Of a DNA stretch of 64,000 bases, positions 56,661-64,000 are shown piece by piece. Each line of letters opens with the position of its first letter. Positions within the stretch are counted from its first letter, which is position 1. Under the pieces are notes generated by a model that was not told where the DNA came from, searched no databases, and worked only from the letters and a program-made list of their open reading frames with translations. Where the stretch lies: contig OX597838.1 in assembly GCA_951406725.2 (NCBI GenBank), positions 7,130,001 through 7,194,000 of the forward strand. Direction: 5' to 3'. The translations under genes and the position numbers were made by a program. The DNA comes from Octopus vulgaris. Lineage: Eukaryota.

Positions 56661-57941
56661 TCATATTTCACAGGAAGTACACTGTTAGCAGCAATGCATC
56701 TTGTAGGTTGTTGTAACCACTGAAGAGAAGATTTTTACGCTGCCATCAAATGAGAAAATTTTAGGATAATTACTAATGTTAATGTATGTGATTCTAGCGC
56801 CACGGCTTTCAAAAAGTAACAAAAAAAAAGGATTAATATATAAACAAATAAATAAAATTAATATGATCTAGCAGAAAATCGATCGTAGCAGAATTTGAAT
56901 TCAGAATTTAGAGAAGTGAAACCGATATTATAAGAAGCCGGCAATAATATATTCTGCGTTGCACCCACTTTGATTACTGACGATCGCTCTAAAATTAATA
57001 AGAATATTTGAAAATAAATAAATAAATACATAAATACATAAATAAATGACTTTATAAACAAACACTGATTAAGAATTAATTACGTCTAGGAAATCTTTAG
57101 GAAAAAATGTTTCATTTATCATCAAATAAAAGCGTTTCTCAAAAATATTCTTGTAACCTTTATACTGTAAACCAATATAAATTCAATTAACATCTTTGAT
57201 TCGATTATTGATGAGAGTGTGAAAGGTTAATATTGTAAACTTCGCCGGTTTAGTACAGTCAAAGGTTAAATATTAAAATACATTCTCAAAGGCTTTCAGA
57301 AAGGACTGTTTTTAATTTTTTATTTTTATTTCGTTTTCTGAAAGTCCTTTTATGTGTTTATGAAGTTCTCCTCCCAAATCCACGGTTTCGTTTTCCATTC
57401 TTCATAGCCATGGGTCAATCAATCGAGACGGAAAATTCTGAGATGAAAACTCTGCAGAAGGTGGCACAGTGGAACTAAATTTGTTCCAAAGTGATTGACA
57501 TAATCGATCGCATGCTTTTCTTGTTTCAGTGTTCGATATTTTTGCCCTAAGTTTTGACGCAAGGATTCTAAACAGGCCTGTGGTCGAAAAAATATTTCTT
57601 TCATATTAGTCTTGAAACATGTGGCATTCTGCAGTACAATAACAAATGAAACTAATGGTTTTTAGCTCCAGTAGAAATACGTGCATGTCATGTTTTCATG
57701 TATAAAATTCACAGTCCAAACCAATCACGTGTAAACTGTACGGTTCAATTTTTTCAGAGGCGTTTTGTAGTTGAAGATAAAACAATTTACTATAAAACTT
57801 ATAAACGTTCTATATTGTATCATGTAAGAAGAATTTTCTATCATGTGATAAAATATCACTTCAGATTATAACGGCAAATTAAACGGTATTTTCATAACGC
57901 TGATGATACAAATGTGTTGTCATTAAATCACTGGAATTTAC

Positions 57942-57998
<57 letters not shown>

Positions 57999-59214
57999 AG
58001 AGAGACAGAAGACAGATAGGTAGATAGACAGGCAGAGAGCTACATATATATATATATATACCGAGGTTAGACAAATTTATGATCTTCCAGGAATACGTGA
58101 AATGATTCTTTCCGGAAAGAGTGGGTCTCGAATCAAAGAAAATCTATAACAAATCCGTTGTGAATATTGACCTGAAAAACTCTTTTACATAGAAACGCCC
58201 GACCACATGTTATACGTTAATTCAGTTTCATACATCATCCCCATTAGAATTTATTCATTTAATTAACTATAATTTTAACAATGAGACATTTAAATGTGTA
58301 AATAATTAATAGTGTTTAATATAACAGAATATTCAAAGAGTTTATTAAATTACATTTAATTAAGGGATATAATCACGTTATCTAATACAATTAGAGTGAA
58401 CAATTAGTGAAATCTTTAAATAAACAAGTACGTAATTATATAACACTTAGGTTTAATATTAGTTAATGTAATACAATCTCCAGAAGTTAAGGCGTCTAAT
58501 GCCTGGTAGTTGAATAATAACCGAATACAAGAATTTAATAAAGTATAAAAAATAATTATTACCGACAGAATCAGTATTAATACGAAATCGTAATACTCCG
58601 CCTCACATAATCGCTTTTGTGTTAGAACAAAGGATACTGCGAAATGTATCACGAGAGAACCTGCCATATAATATTTGGGTGCGTTTAAGCACTCTTGTTT
58701 AGATCGTGTGATCAGTTCACGTGATTTCGGTTTCCCCTGGCCTTATCAGAGTTAGACTCTCGACTGCTACTTTAAAGCAGAGATATCTCTGCCAGAGATA
58801 TATATATACAAATCACAGTGCCAAATAGAGTTTAACTTCGTTAATGTGTTTGAAAAGAATATGTATTTTGAATGTAACAAATAAAAAATTATTCTGCAAG
58901 AATTAATGAATTCCAAGAAATTTTAAACAATTAGAAATTTGGAAACATTTCAAGAAATTGATAAAAAAAAGTTTCTCCCGCCCCACGATGGGTCTCTTAC
59001 TCATCTGTCTGTCTTACTCATATGTCCGATTTGTCTTCTCACGATGCAATTTTTCCTGTTCAATATTTGCCGATGCCGACAAGAATAATTCTTTCGCGGT
59101 CGTTTGTGTCTTCATATTCTCTTAAGTACGCACCCGATACTACATGTTGTAGTACTCTATGAACACATACAAGTTGTTGGTAAGCAAGCTACTTACCACA
59201 TAGCCACTCCTACG

Positions 59215-59262
<48 letters not shown>

Positions 59263-59276
59263 TATATATATATATT

Positions 59277-59690
59277 ATTCTTTTACTCTTTTACTTGTTT
59301 CAGTCATTTGACTGCGGCCATGCTGGAGCACCGCCTTTAGTCGAGCAACTTGACCCCCGGGACTTATTCTTCGTAAGCCCAGTACTTATTCTATCGGTCT
59401 CTTTTGCCGAACCGCTAAGTGACGGGGACATAAACACACAAACATCGGTTGTCAAGCAATGCTAGGGGGACAAACGCAGACACACAAACACACACATATA
59501 TATATATATATATATACATATATACGATGTGCTTCTTTCAGTTTCCGTCTACCAGATCCACTCACAAGGCTTTGGTCGACCCGAGGCTATAGTAGAAGAC
59601 ACTTGCCCAAGGTGCCACGCTGTGGGACTGAACCCGGAACTATGTGGTTGGTAAGCAAGCTACTTACCATACAGCCACTCCTGCGCCTAT
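59277..59690 (-). mobile_element. SINE family A, full length (extra head fragment at 59175-59217)
   Basis: Reverse complement colinear with 45500-45918. Confidence 0.92.
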
Positions 59691-60017
59691 ATATACAAAA
59701 ATATATATATCTGTATTCTATTTCGCATCGATTGCAGCTCCAGCATGTTGATTACGTTTATTAAACCACTGATATCATGTATGTATAATGTAAAGAATAA
59801 CATTTCGCTTCATTCTTTCAACATTCTCGTATGTTGTTCAACCTGTTTGCACGAGCCATTTATAGATTCTTTTTCTCTCCTTTACCTTTCTATTCCAGTG
59901 ATTTCTATAAATTCCCTCTTCTATTTTTACTTATAATCTTTTCCCTCACTAATCATTATATACCAGCATACATAAACGCATGCACGCACACACATACACA
60001 CATACACACAAACAAAC

Positions 60018-60250
60018 GTGCGGTGAGCTGGCAGAAACGCTAGCACGCCGGGGGAAATGCGTAGCCGTATTTGGTCTGTCGTTACGTTCTGAGTTCAAAT
60101 TCCGCCGAGGTCGACTTTGCCTTTCATCCTTTCGGGGTCGATAAATAAATTACCAGTTACATACTGGGGTCGATGTAATCGACTTAATCCCTTTGTCTGT
60201 CCTTGTTTGTCCCCTCTATGTTTAGCCCCTTGTGGACAGTAAAGAAATAC
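60018..60250 (+). mobile_element. SINE family B, full length
   Basis: gcggtgagctggcagaaacg...gccgaggtcgactttgcctttcatcctttcggggtcgataa...taaagaaata. Confidence 0.9.
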
Positions 60251-60599
60251 ACATACACATAAACACGTATTCACATGCGCGCGCGCATGCGAACACAGAT
60301 ACGGACAACTGCACACATAGGAATTCATAAGCCATTTTCTATTGGCGCACTCACATAAAATCCAAACAGATTCACATATATTTTCGAAATTGCCCTTCAA
60401 TTTGTTCGTACTCAAATTTAGACGTACATAAACTTTTAATTCGTATAACGAGTTATAATACGCTGTTCGAGTATGAGGCAGATGCATGTGCACCTACTAG
60501 CGTACATACTTAGCAATACGCTCTTGTACCTTTAATAAAATCATACACATGCACCGGCATTCACACATAAACGCAATATATACATACATGCACACATAA

Positions 60600-60638
<39 letters not shown>

Positions 60639-60717
60639 ATCTCTGTTCTTTCCTCCACCACACTCTCTATTTTGAATCCTATCTAAATTAACTATTACTT
60701 AACCATCCTCTCACACC

Positions 60718-60790
60718 CTCTCCGATGAAGGGATATAATTGCAAAATAACCTGGAAACAGCTGTAAGGCCTTCTATCTATAAATGTTCTA
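60718..60790 (+). ncRNA. Degenerate type I hammerhead motif in a Penelope-like pLTR fragment
   Basis: ccgatga at 60722-60728 ... GAAA, palindromic acagctgt, triplet GUA. The downstream ccttct...tataaatgttct is shared with 37328-37353. Confidence 0.5.
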
Positions 60791-60939
60791 CACAGCCTTG
60801 GTTTTTCATATCATTACGCAAAACATTCTTATATATATATACACACAATAGTTCCTCGGTTTACGAACGCCTCTGATCACAAAAAGTCGTGCTTCTATAT
60901 CTATAACTATATCTCTCTGTATATATGTATATGTGTGTG

Positions 60940-60987
<48 letters not shown>

Positions 60988-61145
60988 GTTATATAAGATA
61001 TATATACGTTATATAAGATATATATTATGCGTGTGTTTGTATGGTTGCTCTATACGTATATGGAAGGATATAATTAACCTGGTCATTTACTCCCCCATGT
61101 ATACATTGTCTATATTGGCGCTTTCTTTTTTTTTCTATTTGGCAG

Positions 61146-61295
61146 TTGTACAAGGTGCGATCCGATGTTCACGTTGTGATTCAAGAATGGACAGCTTTTA
61201 TGGCGAATGCGAGGAGTCTCCACCATCCCCAACGCAATGTCCAGAGGTACCCAACTCCAAGTACTGCTTAATATTGAGGGAAACGACTTTTGCAG
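61146..61295 (+). CDS. Internal exon of a secreted or GPI-type Ly6/uPAR (three-finger, quiver/sleepless-like) protein
   Basis: Polypyrimidine tract plus ggcag| acceptor and cag|gtaaac donor, 150 nt, phase 1-1. Encodes VQG-AIRCSRCDSRMDSFYGECEESPPSPTQCPEVPNSKYCLILRETTFA, with C-x2-C-x10-C-x9-C-x8-C after a plausible signal cleavage site. Confidence 0.8.
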
Positions 61296-61584
61296 GTAAA
61301 CCACACGAAATACATTTTATTGCGTACCTTTACATATATCTATAATCGACATCGGTATAATCACTGGCGAATCATACATCATACAAACAACAACACCATC
61401 AACAACAACAACAAAATAATCTTTTACTTATAGCCAAACGTAAATAACCTTCGTCCTCTTTTTGTGTCTCTCCCAGCTGCCATAAACGCCATTGTACCAT
61501 CCCGAGATTTTGCTTGTAAAAATCGTAACCATATTTTGCTAAGTGGAACAGAAAATGAAACTACATTAAATTCCCCCGTCGCTT

Positions 61585-61930
61585 GGTTGTGAGTTCAAAT
61601 TCCACCGAGGTCGACTTTGACTTTCATGCTTTCGGGGTCGATAAACTAAATACATATTTCTTTACTACTCACAAGGGGCTAAACACAGAGGGGACAAACA
61701 AGGACAGACATAGGAATTAAGTCGATTACATCGACCCCAGTGCGTAACTGGTACTTAATTTATCGACCCCGAAAGGATGAAAGGCAAAGTCGACCTCAGC
61801 GGAATTTGAACTCACAACGTAACGCAGACGAAATACCGCTAAGCATTTCGCCCGGCGTGCTAACGTTTCTGCCAGCTCGTCGCCTTAGGTAAACTAAATA
61901 CCAGATGTGTGCTGGGTCGATGTCTGTCCA
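61585..61930. mobile_element. SINE B (minus, 61654-61889) nested inside SINE B (plus)
   Basis: 12-bp TSD taaactaaatac at 61642-61653 and 61890-61901. Confidence 0.9.
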
Positions 61931-62476
61931 TCTGGTATTGGATGGCTTCATTGTTTACTACCTGTTCCGTTTTCATGAATAGTATTGCACACTTGTCTAT
62001 ACCGAATTCCAAGCCTTTATTTTAGAACCAGTTCCCTTAGTCTGCAGATCTCGTGGTATTCGTTCTGTCCCTCAATTTAACAAAACCATCGACACCAACA
62101 CATCTACCAGTTGTGGGAAAGTTCATTGGTGCAACCATTCTTTCGCTGATTGAGTTATAAAAATGTATATATTAATAAAAATCTTTATGAAGTCCACCAT
62201 CTGCGAAACATCGATGTACGTATGGAGATTCAATTAGACTAATGTAAACGAATCCGAAAACCACACACGAACAACATCAACACCAATGTCACTTTCGACA
62301 CCAACACCAACACCATCAAGGCAAACCCAACAACATTACACGCTGCTTTTTAAGTGTGCTGAGAGATGTTAAAACGAAAATCAAAGAACGCATCGAACCG
62401 TCTTTTTCCATTATTCTTCTTATACATGACAGTAGCAAATAATCACCTGACCACATATCGCCTGCTACAGTGGAAA

Positions 62477-63635
62477 TTTTGTTGTGTAAATGTATGTGTG
62501 TATTTTGTTGTGTAAATGTATGCGCGTATATTTTGTTGCGTAAATGTATGTGTGTATATTTTGTTGAGTAAATGTATGTGTGTATATTTTGTTGAGTAAA
62601 TGTATGTGTGTATATTTTGTTATGTAAATGTGTGTATATTTTGTTGTGTAAATGTATGTGTATATTTTGTTGTGTAAATGTATGTGTGTATATTTTGTTG
62701 AGTAAATGTATATGTGTATATTTTGTTGTGTAAATGTATGTGTGTATATTTTGTTGAGTAAATGTATGTGTGTATATTTTGTTATGTAAATGTGTGTATA
62801 TTTTATTGTGTAAATGTATGTGTATATTTTGTTGAGTAAACGTATGTGTGTATATTTTGTTGCGTAAATGTATGTGTGTATATTTTGTTATGTAAATGTA
62901 TGTGCGTATATTTTGTTGTGTAAATGTATGTGTGTATATTTTGTTGAGTAAATGTATGTGTGTATATTTTGTTATGTAAATGTGTGTATATTTTGTTGTG
63001 TAAATGTATGTGTATATTTTGTTGAGTAAATGTATGTGTGTATATTTTGTTGAGTAAATGTATGTGTGTATATTTTGTTGTGTAAATGTATGTGTGTATA
63101 TTTTATTGTGTAAATGTATGTGTATATTTTGTTGAGTAAACGTATGTGTGTATATTTTGTTGTGTAAATGTATGTGTGTATATTTTGTTGTGTAAATGTA
63201 TGTGTATATTTTGTTGTGTAAATGTATGTGTATATTTTGTTGTGTAAATGTATGTGTGTATATTTTGTTGTGTAAATGTATGTGTATATTTTGTTGAGTA
63301 AATGTATGTGTGTATATTTTATTGTGTAAATGTATGTGTATATTTTGTTGTGTACATGTATGTGTGTATATTTTGTTGAGTAAATGTATGTGTATATTTT
63401 GTTATGTATGTGTGTATATTTTGTTGTGTACATGTATGTGTGTATATTTTGTTGAGTAAATGTATGTGTATATTTTGTTGAGTAAATGTATGTGTATATT
63501 TTGTTGAGTAAATGTATGTGTATATTTTGTTATGTATGTGTGTATATTTTGTTGTGTACATGTATGTGTGTATATTTTGTTGTGTAAATGTGTGTACATT
63601 TTGTTGTGTAAATGTATGTGTATATATTTTGTTAG
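62477..63635. repeat. Minisatellite, unit about 26-28 bp (tgtaaatgtatgtgtgtatattttgttg)
   Basis: Roughly 40 tandem units visible directly, grading into (TG)n-rich sequence up to about 63900. Confidence 0.95.
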
Positions 63636-64000
63636 TTGTGTGTGTGCGTTTGTGTGTTTGTGTGCGTTTGTGTGTATATGTATTTGTGTGTGTTTGCATA
63701 TGTGTGTTCGTGTGTGTGCGTGTGAGTGTATGTGTGCGTGTGGGTGTATGTGTGCGTGTATGTGTGTGCATGTGCTTGTTTGTGTGTAAGTGCGTGTGTG
63801 CGTGTGCGTGTGTGTGTGCTATGCGTGTGTGCACGTGTGAGTATGCGTGTACGTGTGTGCGTCCTTGTGTGTGTGTTTGTGCATCTGTATGTGTATGCGT
63901 GTGAATGAATGAGTGAATGAACTTCAGTTGGTGGTATTGCAGAAGTGCGAGTCTATAAAAGAGAAAATCAAGCAAACACCACGTGACTGCAGAACTTACT

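Noticed and set aside
57419-57604. Possible Merlin/IS1595-like transposase fragment (YRTLKQEKHAIDYVNHF)
   Set aside because: Only a vague VNH motif; no DDE residues or TIRs are identifiable without a search.
62477-63635. CRISPR-like array of about 28-bp repeats
   Set aside because: Units are contiguous with no unique spacers, the context is eukaryotic, and there are no cas genes.

Overview
AT-rich, microsatellite-saturated eukaryotic DNA. The SINE/LINE/microsatellite landscape is most consistent with an octopus (cephalopod) genome; this is an inference from recalled repeat families, not a search result. Nearly all ORFs in the supplied track are artefacts of (TA)n, (CA)n, (TATG)n, (GATA)n and trinucleotide repeats. 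One convincing host exon is present: 61146-61295 (+), a 150-nt phase 1-1 exon encoding the N-terminal half of a Ly6/uPAR (three-finger, quiver/sleepless-like) domain. Two weak candidate upstream exons lie at 39039-39141 and 30616-30651, so much of the window may be intronic. The rest consists of three tRNA-derived SINE families (called A, B and C here), decayed LINE fragments (Tx1, CR1/L2-like, RTE, R4/Dong-like), a Penelope GIY-YIG relic, a non-autonomous Helitron and a 26-28 bp minisatellite. Three signals stand out. (1) A Tx1-type LINE has all three of its copies inserted in (GATA)n with an identical 3' junction, suggesting a microsatellite-specific retrotransposon. (2) Five or six type I hammerhead ribozyme motifs of the Penelope/retrozyme kind are present, including one inside a tRNA-headed SINE-like element, one in a 360-bp direct-repeat unit, and two associated with long hairpins. 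(3) The SINEs show modular head/tail shuffling and recurrent self-insertion.
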